DNA from: Malacoraja senta
Lineage: Eukaryota
Length of the DNA stretch: 64,000 bases
Assembly: GCA_038087875.1 (NCBI GenBank)
Contig: CM075991.1
Location: 496,001-560,000, forward strand
Direction of reading: 5' to 3'
Shown here one piece after another: positions 52,745-64,000 of this stretch (positions within the stretch are counted from its first letter, which is position 1; each line of letters opens with the position of its first letter). The position numbers and the translations under genes are program-made. The notes beneath the pieces were generated by a model. It ran no database searches. It was not told the DNA's origin and saw nothing but the letters and a program-made list of their open reading frames with translations.

Positions 52745-54176
52745 TTGCGTGTGTGTTGATCTCTTTACCTGAGCAATAAAGTTCTCTTTGTTTCCACCAC
52801 GCATGGCTCGTTTATTCACCCGCCACATTGGTGACCCCGACGATCCAAATCGGTCATTTAGGATTTCAAACATGTTCGCAGCCAACGACCAACCTCAAGA
52901 GCGTGAGCCCAGCAGAACACTGTCTCCCTGAAGCTGCCCGTGTTCTGGACATCGCAGCCCCACGTGTGGTTCCAAACTCCAGGTGTGGTCAGGAGACATC
53001 GATCGCCTGGTCCCTATCCTCCGCTAGGACTCCTGCACATGGGCGGCCTTGGCGACCGCAAGCCGTCGGAGCTGATGAGTGAGATGCTCACCCTAATGGA
53101 CGGCCATCGGCCCTGCCTGCTCTTTGAGCACACCTTCTTGGAGCAGATGCCAGGTGACATCCGCCTGCTGCTCGCCAGTGAGGATATCGCGGACCCTCTA
53201 CTGCTAGCAGAGCGAGCCGGCGAGTTGTGGCTCGATCGATCGATTAGCGGCGGTGCCTTGGAGGGCCCAGAAACCAGACACTGCACCCACCGGGAGTTCA
53301 GCTGCGCCGCCTGTCCCGAACGCCCCGGGTAAGGGGAAGTGTTGTTACTACCACCAGCGCTGGGGTCCCGCAGCCCATCAGTGCCGCCCACCCTGCTCGC
53401 ATTAAGCAAACGCCAGTAGTCACTGCGGTGGTTGGCCTAAAACATCACCTCTACGCGTGGGATCGGCACTCAGGACAACGGTTCCTGGTCGACACGGGTG
53501 CGGAGGTTAATGTTTTATCCCCGTCCGGCAAGCGGGGGCCTTCTCTCACTGCAGTCAACGGCAGCACCATGCAGACGTATGGAGTTCGCACGATCCCGCT
53601 CATCTTTGGACCCTGCCATTTTACCTGGACCTTTACGATGGCCGACGTCTCCCAGCCGTTGCAGGACACAGATTTCCTTCGGGCCCAATCCCTGTTGGTG
53701 GGTGTGCGGGGGCAACGTCTTGTTCGCCTACCCTTTCGGTTTCGTGCCTTGGGTTCTGGGGGGGGGGTCGGGTCCTGTGGCGCCACCTGGCGGTTAGGCC
53801 ACCTGTATCCGAACCCCGGACAGTTGGGGGTAGGGTCACGTGACTGGGTAATGGCGGGAAGCAGTTGTCACGAGGTTTAGGGTGTGGCCCTAGTATAAGT
53901 ATGGAGACCTGGGTCAGCACCCCCTCCCCCCGGGTCAGCCCCCCCTCCCCCCGGTCAGCCCCCCTCCCCGTGGGTCAGCCCCCCTCCCCCTCGGTCAGCC
54001 CCCCTCCCCCTGGGTCAGCCCCCCTCCCCCCGGGTCAGCCCCCCCTCCCCCCCGGGGTCAGCCCCCCCTCCCCCCGGGTCAGCCCCCCTCCCCCCGGGTC
54101 AGCCCCCCCTCCCCCCGGGTCAGCCCCCCTCCCCCATTCACGTGCGTTGATCTCTTTACCTGAGCAATAAAGTTCG
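52745..54176 (+). mobile_element. Internally deleted Gypsy LTR retrotransposon
   Basis: LTR segment ttgatctctttacctgagcaataaagttc at both ends; tRNA-Trp PBS TGGTGACCCCGACG (52829-52842); gag LGDRKPSELM; protease FLVDTGAEV; G-run PPT then TG-start 3' LTR at 53776; no RT/IN. Confidence 0.8.
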
Positions 54177-55242
54177 CAAATACAACGCTAACGGACTATG
54201 TGGAGCCGCGGAGAATGTAGGAGGAATTTTGAACAGTTCTTGTTTGATAAGGTCTTAAGGGATAGGAGCAGAATGAGGCCATTCGGCCCATCAAGTCTGC
54301 CCCGCCATTCAATCATGGCTGATCTATCTCTCCCTCCTAACCCCATTCTCCTGCCTTCTCCCCATAACCCCTGACACCCGTAGTAATCAGTACGGGTTCC
54401 TGCACAGGAAGGAACTGCAGATGCTGGTTTAAACCGAAGAGAGACACAAAGTGCTGGAGTAACTGTGAGGCAGCAGCTCTACCAATGTGCTGCCCATTTG
54501 CAGTTCCCCGTGCGAGCGGGTTTCAGCTGAAGGCCGGAGTTTGAGCACTGACCTCAACACCACACAAGCGGCTCTGTGTCAGACTGAACAACAGCGCCCT
54601 GTCCCACACGCGGCCCGAGTGCCATTGTTATCTGCGAGCGCTCACACTGACACCAAACAATGTGTGGCAGGGAACTGCAGATGCTGATTTAAACCCAACA
54701 TTGACACAAAGTGCTGGAGGAAAGAAGGAGTAGGTGACGTTTCGGGTGGAGACGCTTGTTCAGAACCGAAACGTCACCCATTCCTTCTCTCCAGAGATGC
54801 TGCCTGTCCCTCTGAGCTGCAGAGCCCGAGCCGCTGACTTACTCCAGCACTCTGTCATTTTCTTTTTTGTAAACCAGCACCTGCAGTTCCCCGTTTCTGC
54901 TAAGTCAGCTGGTTTTTAGGCCAAGTTGAGGGGATGAGCGAGTTCCTCAATAAGATAAATGACCTCGCTCGCGATGTTGAAACAACGGCACAAAGTGCTG
55001 GCGGGTCGGGCAGCATCTCTGGAGAACATGGACACACAGTGCTGGCGGGTCTAGCGCAGCCAATCTGCCACTTGTCCCATTTCTCCGTGTGTGGCCCAAC
55101 CTTCCCCATACAAATTAAAGTAAACTAAATTAAATTAAAGAAGACACAAAGTGCTGGAGTAACTCAGCGGGTCGGGCAGCATCTCTGGAGAACATGGATA
55201 GGTGACGTTTCATGTCGGGATCCTTCATGTCGGGATCCTCCT

Positions 55243-55741
55243 CTGTAGAGAGAGTAGAGAGGAGATTTACTAGAATGTTGCCTGGGTTTCAGCAACTAAG
55301 TTACAGAGAAAGGTTGAACAAGTTAGGTCTTTATTCTTTGGAGCGCAGAAGGTTAAGAGGGGACTTGATAGAGGTCTTTAAAATTATGAGCTGACAGTGG
55401 ATAAGCTTTTCCCATTGAGAGTAGGGAAGATTCAAACAAGGGGACATGACTTGAGAATTAAGGTACAGAAGTTTAGGGGTAACATTAGGGGAACTTCTTT
55501 ACTCAGAGAGTGGTAGCTGTGTGGAATGAGCTTCCAGTGGAAGTGGTGGAGGCAGGTTTGATTTTATCATTTAAAAATAGATTGGATGGGTATATGGACG
55601 GGAAAGGAATGGAGGGTTATGGTCTGAGTGCAGGTAGATGGGACTAGGGGGAAGTATTTATTTTTAATTTAAAAAAATATGTTCGGCACGGACTTGATGG
55701 GCCGAGATGGCTTGTTTCCGTGCTTTTATGGTTATATGGTT
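55243..55741 (+). mobile_element. CR1 3' fragment, same subfamily as 15402-19000
   Basis: ERRFTRMLPGFQQLSYRERLNKLGLYSLE and ggttatatggtt tail, nearly identical to the 3' end of the large copy. Confidence 0.85.
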
Positions 55742-55889
55742 CTTCAGACTCAATCGGGACTTGATTAACCTGAAGAAGGTGTCCCGACCTATCCATGTTC
55801 TCCACAGATGCTGCCTGACCCGCTGAGTTACTCCAGCACTCTGTGTCTTTTTGTTTTGTTATCCAGCACCTGCAGTTCCAGTGCCTCTG

Positions 55890-56450
55890 GAATGAACGAG
55901 GCCCCTGTCTGCTGAGTCCGGGATGGTGGTTTGTGAGCGAGGTTTTGCTGACAGCCCCGGATTGCGCCGTCGATACGCGAGTCCCGACTATAAGCCATTA
56001 CTTCACGGCTAACAATCGATGCTTTGAGTCCTGCCCCCGTTGTACACGCCGCTGTCTGCGGCTGGCATTGGCACATGCGGCTTTGCAGAGAGCGGGCAGA
56101 TGCAGTGGCCCCGTTATCAGAGGGGCGTTGGTATGCAAGCGGGCACGGGGCCGGGTCTACGCGGTAGCCGGGGTCCCAGTCTGTCCACGCCGCCGGGAAG
56201 CAGCAGGGAGCAGCGCGTAGGAACTGGCCGCGTCCACCGTGGAACAGTGAGAGGCTGCGCCGTGATGCCCCTGGGCTGGATACTGTTGCTGCTGTTGCTG
56301 CTGTTGCTGCTGCTGCTGCCGGTGGAGGCCAAGGCGCCCCGGGACCCTCACTGCCCCACCACCTGCTCGTGTACCAGCGACAGCGCTCTTTGCATCGCCT
56401 CCAGGTCTATCCCGCATGGCTTCGCCGGAGACCTCATCTCCCTGTGAGTC
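55890..56450 (+). promoter_or_regulatory. CpG-rich promoter/5' UTR region of the LGI gene
   Basis: Non-repetitive, CpG-dense, GC-rich stretch directly upstream of and overlapping the ATG. Confidence 0.5.
56265..56443 (+). CDS. LGI3: Leucine-rich glioma-inactivated (LGI) family, coding exon 1 (signal peptide + LRRNT); closest to LGI3
   Basis: MPLGWILLLLLLLLLLLLPVEAKAPRDPHCPTTCSCTSDSALCIASRSIPHGFAGDLISL followed by the phase-2 donor CT|gtgagt. CP..CSC...ALC...P....ISL is the LGI exon-1 signature. The family call is strong; the LGI3 paralog call is tentative. Confidence 0.75.
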
Positions 56451-57029
56451 ACAGCCGTCAGTCAGCACCAGAGTGGCGCCGCGGGTAGAGTTGCTGCCTT
56501 ACAGCGCCCCGGGTTCCACCCTGACCTCGGGTGCTGTCTGTACAGAATTTGTACCTTCTCTCTGTGACCGCGTGGGTTTTCTCTGGGTTCTCCTGTTTCC
56601 ATCAATGATTTGGGTGAAGTAACATTAGCAAATTTGCACTTGACACCTGTCCTATCCATGTACCTGACTAACTGTTCCTTAAACATTAGGAAAGTCCCAG
56701 CCTCAAGTACCTCCTCTGGCAGCTTGCTCCATACACCCACCACCCTTTGTGTGAAAACGTTACCCCTCGGGTTCCTATTAAATCTTTTCCCCTTCACCTT
56801 AAACCTGCCAATGGACAGAAATCGAATGATCCATTCAGTGAGTGTCTGCAAATGTGAGGGTCCCAGTCCGAGTGCTTTCCAAACGGTGAGAATACAGCAA
56901 ATGGTGGAAGTACAGAATGTACTAAATGCACAGAATCTATAGCCCAGAGTATGAGAATCGAGCACCAGAGGACATACTGTGCAAATAGAAAGTATTCAGA
57001 CCCCTTCACTTTTTCCATATTTTGTTGAT

Positions 57030-57980
57030 TCAAAGTAACATTAGCAAATTTGCAGAAGACACAAAGCTGGGTGGCAGTGTGAACTGTGAGGAGGATGCTA
57101 TGAGAATGCAGGATGACTTGGACAGGTTGGGGGAGTGGGCAGATGTATGGCAGATGCAGTTTAATGTGGTTATCCACATTTATATGTGAGGTTATCCACT
57201 TTGGTATCAAAAGAAGGGAGGCAGATTACTATCTAAATAGCTTCTTTGGGAAAAGGGGAAGTGCAATGGGATCTGGGGTCCTTGTTCATCAGTCTATGAA
57301 AGTAAGCATGCAGGTACAGCAGGCAGTGAAGAAAATGAATGGCATATTGGCCTTTATAACAAGAGGAGTCGAGAATAGGAGCAAAGAGGTCCTTCTGCAG
57401 TTGTACAGGGCCCTAGTGAGACCACACCTGGAGTATTGTGTGCAGTTTTGGTCCACTATTTGAGGAAGGACATTCTTGCTATTGAGGGAGTGCAGCGTAG
57501 GTTTTCAAGGTTAATTCCCGGGATGGCGGGACTGTCATATGCTGAGAGAATGGAGCAGCTGGGCTTGTACACTCGAGTTTAGAAGGATGAGAGGGTATCT
57601 TATTGAAACATATAGGATTGTTGAGGGTTTGGTCACGCTAGAGGCAGGAAACATGTTCCCGATGTTGGGGGAGTCGAGAACCAGGGGCCACAGTTTAAGA
57701 ATAAGGAGTAAGCCATTTAGAACGGAGACGAGGAAACATTTTTTCTCACAGAGAGTTGTGAGTCTGTGGAATTCTCTGCCTCAGAGGGTGGTGGAGGTCG
57801 GTTCTCTGGATACTTTCAAGAGAGAGCTAGATGGGGTTCTTAAAGATAGCAGAGTCAGGTGATATGGGGAGAAGGCAGGAACGGGGTACTGATTGGGGAT
57901 GATCAGCCATGATCACATTGAATGGCGGTGCTGGCTCGAAGGTCCAAATGGCCTACTCCTGCACCTGTTGTCTATTGTGT
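57030..57980 (+). mobile_element. 5'-truncated CR1 LINE
   Basis: C-terminal ORF2 (VRPHLEYCVQFW, FFSQRVVSLWNSLP) plus 3' UTR. Confidence 0.88.
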
Positions 57981-58639
57981 ATTGTCCCCCCACACTCTAA
58001 TGACGTAAACATTTGTAGGTTAATTGACTTGGGTAAAGTTGTAAATTGTCCCTGGTGTGGGTTGGACAGTGTTAGTGTGCGGGAATCGCTGGTCGGTGTA
58101 GACACGGTCGGCCGAAGGGCCTGTTTCCGTGCTGTATCTCTAAACTAAACTAAACTAAACAAGGAACTGCAGGCGAAATGTGTGGGAAGCAGATGCTGGT
58201 TTAAACCGAAGATAGACACAACAAGCTGGAGTAACTCAGCGGGACAGGCAGCTTCTCTGGAGAGAAGGAATGGGTAACGTTTCGTGTCAAGACCCTTCTT
58301 CAGCGGCGCTGAGATCAAGAGGAAAACACAGAGTGCCGGAGGAACTCAGGAGGTCAGGCAGCATCTGGGGTGGAAGATTGCAGCCTTCATGTGGTCCGCC
58401 CTGTTTCGACTAATGCAATCAACTCGACATGCACAAACGGAAGATCAAATAGAACAAGGTGTCCAACAACTTTAGGCTGTGCACGCCACACGAAAGAAGA
58501 AGAATGCAGCATCTGTGGAGTACATTGATACATGAAGGTGGGTGGGGACCCTTCTTCAGACTGACCCGCTGAGTTCCTTTGTGTGTGATTGGGATTTTCA
58601 TCCACCCAACTTGTATAGAGAGCATCGCCCAATCTAGAC

Positions 58640-59611
58640 TGTTACTGCCACATTCTGCCCCATTGCTGCCACATTCTGCCCCATTGCTGCCTCATTCTGC
58701 CCCGTTGTTGCCATATTCTGCCCCATTGCTGCCATATTCTGCCCCATTGCTGCCTCATTCTGCCCCGTTGTTGCCATATTCTGCTCCGTTGTTGCCACAT
58801 TCTGCCCCGTTGCTGCCATATTCTGCCCCGTTGTTGCCACATTCTGCCCCGTTGTTGCCATATTCTGCCCCATTGCTGCCACATTCTGCCGCATTGTTGC
58901 CATATTCTGCCCCGTTGCTGCCATATTCTGCCCCATTGCTGCCTCATTCTGCCCCGTTGTTGCCATATTCTGCCCCGTTGTTGCCATATTCTGCCCCATT
59001 GCTGCCTCATGCTGCCCCATTGCTGCCACATTCTGCCCCGTTGTTGCCACATTCTGCTCCGTTGTTGCCACATTCTGCCCCATTGCTGCCACATTCTGCC
59101 GCGTTATTGCCACATTCTGCTCCGTTGTTGCCATATTCTGCCCCATTGCTGCCACATTCTGCCCCATTGCTGCCTCATTCTGCCCCGTTGTTGCCATATT
59201 CTGCCCCATTGCTGCCACATTCTGCCCCATTGCTGCCTCATTCTGCTCCGTTGTTGCCATATTCTGCCCCATTGCTGCCACATTCTGCCCCATTGCTGCC
59301 TCATTCTGCCCCATTGCTGCCTCATTCTGTCCCGTTGTTGCCATATTCTGCCCCGTTGCTGCCATATTCTGCCCCATTGTTGCCATATTCTGCCCCGTTG
59401 TTGCCATATTCTGCCCCGTTGTTGCCATATTCTGTCCCGTTGTTGCCATATTCTGCCCCATTGTTGCCATATTCTGCCCCGTTGTTGCCATATTCTGTCC
59501 CGTTGTTGCCATATTCTGCCCCGTTGCTGCCATATTCTGCCCCGTTGTTGCCATATTCTGTCCCGTCGTTGCCATATTCTGCCCCGTTGCTGCCACATTC
59601 TGCACCGTTGC
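58640..59611. repeat. 21-bp minisatellite (CTGCCCCATTGCTGCCATATT)n in LGI intron 1
   Basis: About 46 units; explains the LLPHSAP pseudo-ORF. Confidence 0.95.
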
Positions 59612-60239
59612 CTCTAGGAGATTCCAGGGACATTCCCACAGAAACCACTGTTCCTGCAGCCCATATCGGGGGTAAGGACTGCACTGTCAGTGGAAAGACA
59701 AACAGCATCATCGATTCAGGTGGAAGACCCTTCAACAGGAGGTTTATGAGGGTCTTTTTCTCTCTCCACGGATGCTGCCTGGCCTACTGAATGTTTCCAG
59801 CACAGTGGCGCAGCAGGTAGAGCTGTTGTCTCACAGTGCCAGAGACCCGGGTTTGATTCTGCCCTCGGGTGCTGTCTGTGTGGAGTTTGCACGTTCTCCC
59901 TGTAACCTCGTGGGTTTCCTCCGGGTGCTCTGTTTGCTCCCATATCCCAAAGATGTGCGGGTTGTGTAGCTGTTGTAAACAGCGCCTCGTGTGTAGGGAG
60001 TGGCAGCAGTTTAATTTAGTTTACTTTACAAATACAGCTTCGGCCCATCGTGTCGGCGCCGACCCGCGATCCCGACACACTAACACTATCCTACACACAC
60101 CAGGGACAACATTTTAACCAAGCCAATTGACCTATACCTGTAGGTCTTGTCACGGGGAGAATGTACACACTCCGTACAGACAGCACCCATAGTCGGGTCA
60201 CTGTGGGCAATAACTCTGCCGCTGAGCCAACGTGGCCGC

Positions 60240-60617
60240 CCTTGTTGATGAGAACGCGGGGAGAATAAAGCACGTGTCCAGGGCTCGCACACTATGGACG
60301 CAGAGTCCCACGGTGCAAGTTCATTCAAGAGCTCTCCCGAGTTAAAATAAAAAATCAAACTCGTAGTAAGCACGTAGAATGAACGTAGCGGGTACGTCGG
60401 AGCTCGGGGACGTCTCTTAGCGGCTCGTAACGCTAACGGCAGGTACTCGGGAAACGTGGTAAGCTGGGGAAGACTCGTGAAGATTTTTCAACATGTTGAA
60501 AAATGTCCATGAGAGCCCCGAGTACTTACGAGCGGCCATTACCGTAAATCTCCGAGTTCGAATCAGGGCAAACTCGGGAGAATTGTTGAATGAACTCGTA
60601 CGGTGGGACAGGGCTTT
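60240..60617. mobile_element. Half of a Harbinger-like MITE
   Basis: Ends in gtgggacagggct|tta, the same TIR terminus as the MITE at 32455; CpG-rich internal subrepeats; left TIR absent. Confidence 0.5.
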
Positions 60618-61490
60618 AGCTTCACTGTAGGAAGCAGGGGTGTGGTGGGAAGTTGTTGGGCTGGAGTCCTGGGTCTTCTGACTTTGCTTTGAACACAATC
60701 CGCAACAATGTTGGAAGTGTAATTTAGCCAATCAACCAACACCAACCAACAGCTACAGATGTACGGACAGAAGCTGTCAGGCAGCATCTGTGGAGAACAT
60801 GGGTCCATGACCTTTAGGGTCTGGATTCTTTAGACTTTATTTTAGACTTTAGAGATACAGCGCAGAAATAGGCATTTCGGCCAACTGAGTCCGCACCGAC
60901 CAGCGACTCCCCCCCCCCCCTCCTCCTTCAGAAGAGTTATTGCAGCAATTTGTGGTTTTCTGCTCAATGTCACTCACGTACTCTGTCCAATCTTCACCAG
61001 AAGTACACTGTACGTGATCTGTTTACAGTAAGTACAGCCACGTCGCTGTTCATTACAACCTTCATCCCAGCAGCTCAATACATTGTCCTGCCAGCTGTAA
61101 GCACCACTCCCGTCTCCTTCAACAATCCACTCACTCCACATACATTATTCACTCTGCTTACTGTGCAAGGACATTTACAAATGACGTCAACATACACAAG
61201 GAACTGCAGATGCTAGAATGTAGACAAAAACAAGGTGCTGGAGGAACTCTGTGGGTCAGGCAGCATCTCTGGAGGGAATGGACAGATGATGTTTTGTGTC
61301 GGGACCTTTCATCAGACAGTAAAAGGTCCCCGACTCGAAACGTCATTTGTCCACTGCCTCCCGAGTTGCTGCCTGACCCCCTGAGTCTCCAGCACTCTGT
61401 GTTTGGCTGGCACATTGTGTTAATGTTTGCCACATGAGCACTGAGTCCAACGAGGTTTCAGTGAGTGCCTGCTGAGGGTGTGTTTATTGT

Positions 61491-62213
61491 ACGCACACAC
61501 ACTCACACACACTCACATACACACACACACGCACACACACTCACTCACACACTCACATGCACACTCACACACCCACATGCACACTCACTCACATACGCAC
61601 ATACACACACTCACACACACGCACACACACTCACACACACTCACATACACACACACACACACACACTCACATACACACACACACACACACACTCACTCAC
61701 ACACTCACATGCACACTCACTCACACACCCACATGCACACTCACTCACATACGCACATACACACACACACACGCTCACACTCACACGCGAACACATTCAC
61801 ACACACGCACATGCACACTCAAACACACACATGCACGCACAAACACACACACACATGCACACTCACACACACTCACATGCGCACACACACACACTCACAA
61901 ACACATTCACACACATGCACTCACATCCGCACACATTCACACGCACGCACATGCACACTCAAACACTCACACATTCACGCACACACCCGCACTCATGCAC
62001 TCACACACACTCAGACACACATACACAAACATTGTCACACTCACACACACACACTCACTTGCATACACGCACGCTCGCATGCATGCTCGCACGCATACTC
62101 GCACAAACACACACACACTTGCATGCAAAGGCATCCACGCTCACATACACACATACATACACACAAACACACACACACACACACGCACACACACTCGCAC
62201 ACACACACACACA
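61491..62213. repeat. Degenerate (CA)n array
   Basis: Direct inspection. Confidence 0.95.
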
Positions 62214-62254
62214 CGGGCCACGAACAGCTGGAACAGCTGGAATCCACTAGCGGA

Positions 62255-63050
62255 TTCAGTTCAGTTTAGTTTATTGGCACGTGTACCGAGGTGAAGTGAA
62301 AAGCTTTTGTTGCGTGCTATCCAGTCAGCAGAAAGACAATACATGATTACAATCACAGTTTACAGATACATGACGGGGGAATAACATTTAGTGCAAGTAA
62401 AGGTGAAGCCAGTAATGTCCGATCAACGATAGTCCGAGGGGCGCCAATGAGGTAGATAGTAGTTCAGCACTGCTCTCTGGTTGTGGTAGGATGGTTCAGT
62501 TGCCTGATAATAGCTGGGAAGAAACTGTCCCTGAATCTGGAGGTGTGTGTTTTTTCACTTCTATATCTTTTGCCTGATGGGAGAGGCGAGAAGAGGGAGT
62601 GACCAGGGAGCGACTCGTCCTTGATTACGCTGCTGGCCTTGCCGAGGCATCCTGAGGTATAAATGGAGTCAATGGAAGGGAGGTTGGTTTGTGTGATGGT
62701 CTGGGCTGCGTCCACAATTCCCTGCAATTTCTTGCGGTCATGGATGGAGCTGTTCCCAAACCAAGTTGTGATGCATCCTGATAAAATGCTTTCTACGGTG
62801 CACCTGTAGAAGTTGGTGAGAGTTCTTGGGGACATGCCGAACTTCCTAAGCCTTCTGGGGAAGAAGTGGCGTTGGTGTTCTTTCTTGGTCGTTGCTACAA
62901 TATGGGTGGTCCAGGAGAAGTTGTTGGTGATATTGACTCCTAGTAATTTGAAGCTTTCATCCTGTGTACTTCAGCACCGTCAGTGCAAACCGCTTCACTT
63001 CCAGAAGTCTATCACTATCTCCTTTGTCTTGCTGACATTGGGAGAAAGGT
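62255..63050 (-). mobile_element. Rex1/Babar-like LINE 3' fragment
   Basis: LTNFYRCTVESILSGCITTWFG...HSLFSPLPSGKRYRS...FRDSFFP. Confidence 0.8.
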
Positions 63051-64000
63051 TGACACAAAATGCTGGAGTAACTCAGCATCTCTGGAGTGAAGGAATGGGC
63101 GACGTTTTGGGTCGAGACCCTTCTTCAGACTGATGTCAGGGGAGTGGGCGGGACAGAGATAGAATGTAGGCGGAGACAGTAGGACTGGTGGGAGAACTGG
63201 GAAGGGGGAGGGGATGGAGAGAACGCAAGGGCTATCTGAAGGACACTACTACAGGGCTAAATGGAGGGGAGGTATGCAGTAATCCATGGCCTTTATTATA
63301 CCAGCAGAATCTCATGTACCCGAAGGCACTTTGTAACGTCATGCAGCTCCACATTCCAGCTAAGTTACAACAAATTGCAATGCAATGAGACAAGCTTACT
63401 TTTAGATTGATGTGTACCGACGTACAGTGAAAAGCTTTGTTTGCAAGATATCCAATCAAATCTTAAAAAACATTTGGCCAGGTACATGGATAGCATTTGG
63501 TTTAGGGGCAGGTGGGACTTGCGTAGGTGGAGATCTTGGTTATGGGCAAGTTGGGCCGGAGAGCCTATTCCGTGCTGTACGACAATATGACTCTAAATCA
63601 GATAATACTGATTGTACCTCAAGTATGTACATGAATACAATCAGATCAAACTCGTACAACAGTTAGAACAAAGGGGAATATACAGAGTGCAGAATATAAT
63701 TCTCAGCATATAGTACGCACCAGTTCCAGAGACAAAGTCCAATGTCTGCAATAGGGTAGAGGTGAATCGGACAGTACCCTAGCTAATGGAAGGAGCGTTC
63801 AGAAGCCTGATAACAGAGGGGAAGAAGCTGGTCCTGAGTCTGGTGGTGTGTGTTTCAAGCTTCTGTACCTTCTGCCTGACGGGAGCAGGGAGAAGAGGGA
63901 ATGAGTGGTGAGCTGTGTGTCTGTGATCTGATCTCCAGCGATGGGGCCAGATTTGCACATGTCTCAGCTTGTCCTGCTTTGTATTCATGTCAAGGTTCTC

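Noticed and set aside
59618..59670. ag...gtaag-bounded segment as LGI exon 2
   Set aside because: Neither length nor translation fits the 72-nt LRR exon. I did not find LGI exon 2 in the window.
58579..59790. 403-aa LLPHSAP ORF and antisense ORFs
   Set aside because: A 21-bp minisatellite open in most frames, lying in LGI intron 1.

Overview
Repeat-dense vertebrate genomic DNA, most likely from a cartilaginous fish (skate, ray or shark). That assignment rests on HE1-type V-SINEs, CR1, Rex1/Babar-like and Penelope repeats. There are two 200-N scaffold gaps (9824-10023, 35368-35567). Two host genes are visible. (1) On the - strand, a phase-compatible chain of 7-8 exons (34645 down to 2539) encodes a divergent AFAP1-family adaptor: post-PH1 linker, PH2 domain and C-terminal coiled coil. 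Its N-terminal/PH1 exons are not visible. (2) On the + strand, coding exon 1 of an LGI-family gene, most like LGI3, lies at 56265-56443. The rest is transposon- and tandem-repeat-derived. It includes a full-length Tx1 LINE with target-site duplication (TSD) nested in a PIF/Harbinger-type MITE, a near full-length CR1 with an esterase ORF1, a terminally intact DIRS1-like element, a fragmented hAT transposase, an internally deleted Gypsy element, Penelope fragments and palindromes with hammerhead-like cores, and many mini/microsatellites. The strongest candidate novelties are a possible fourth AFAP1 ohnolog next to LGI3 and a 99-bp in-frame tandem array that multiplies that gene's PH2 splice acceptor. 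All homology calls were made by eye from recalled family motifs; no searches were run.
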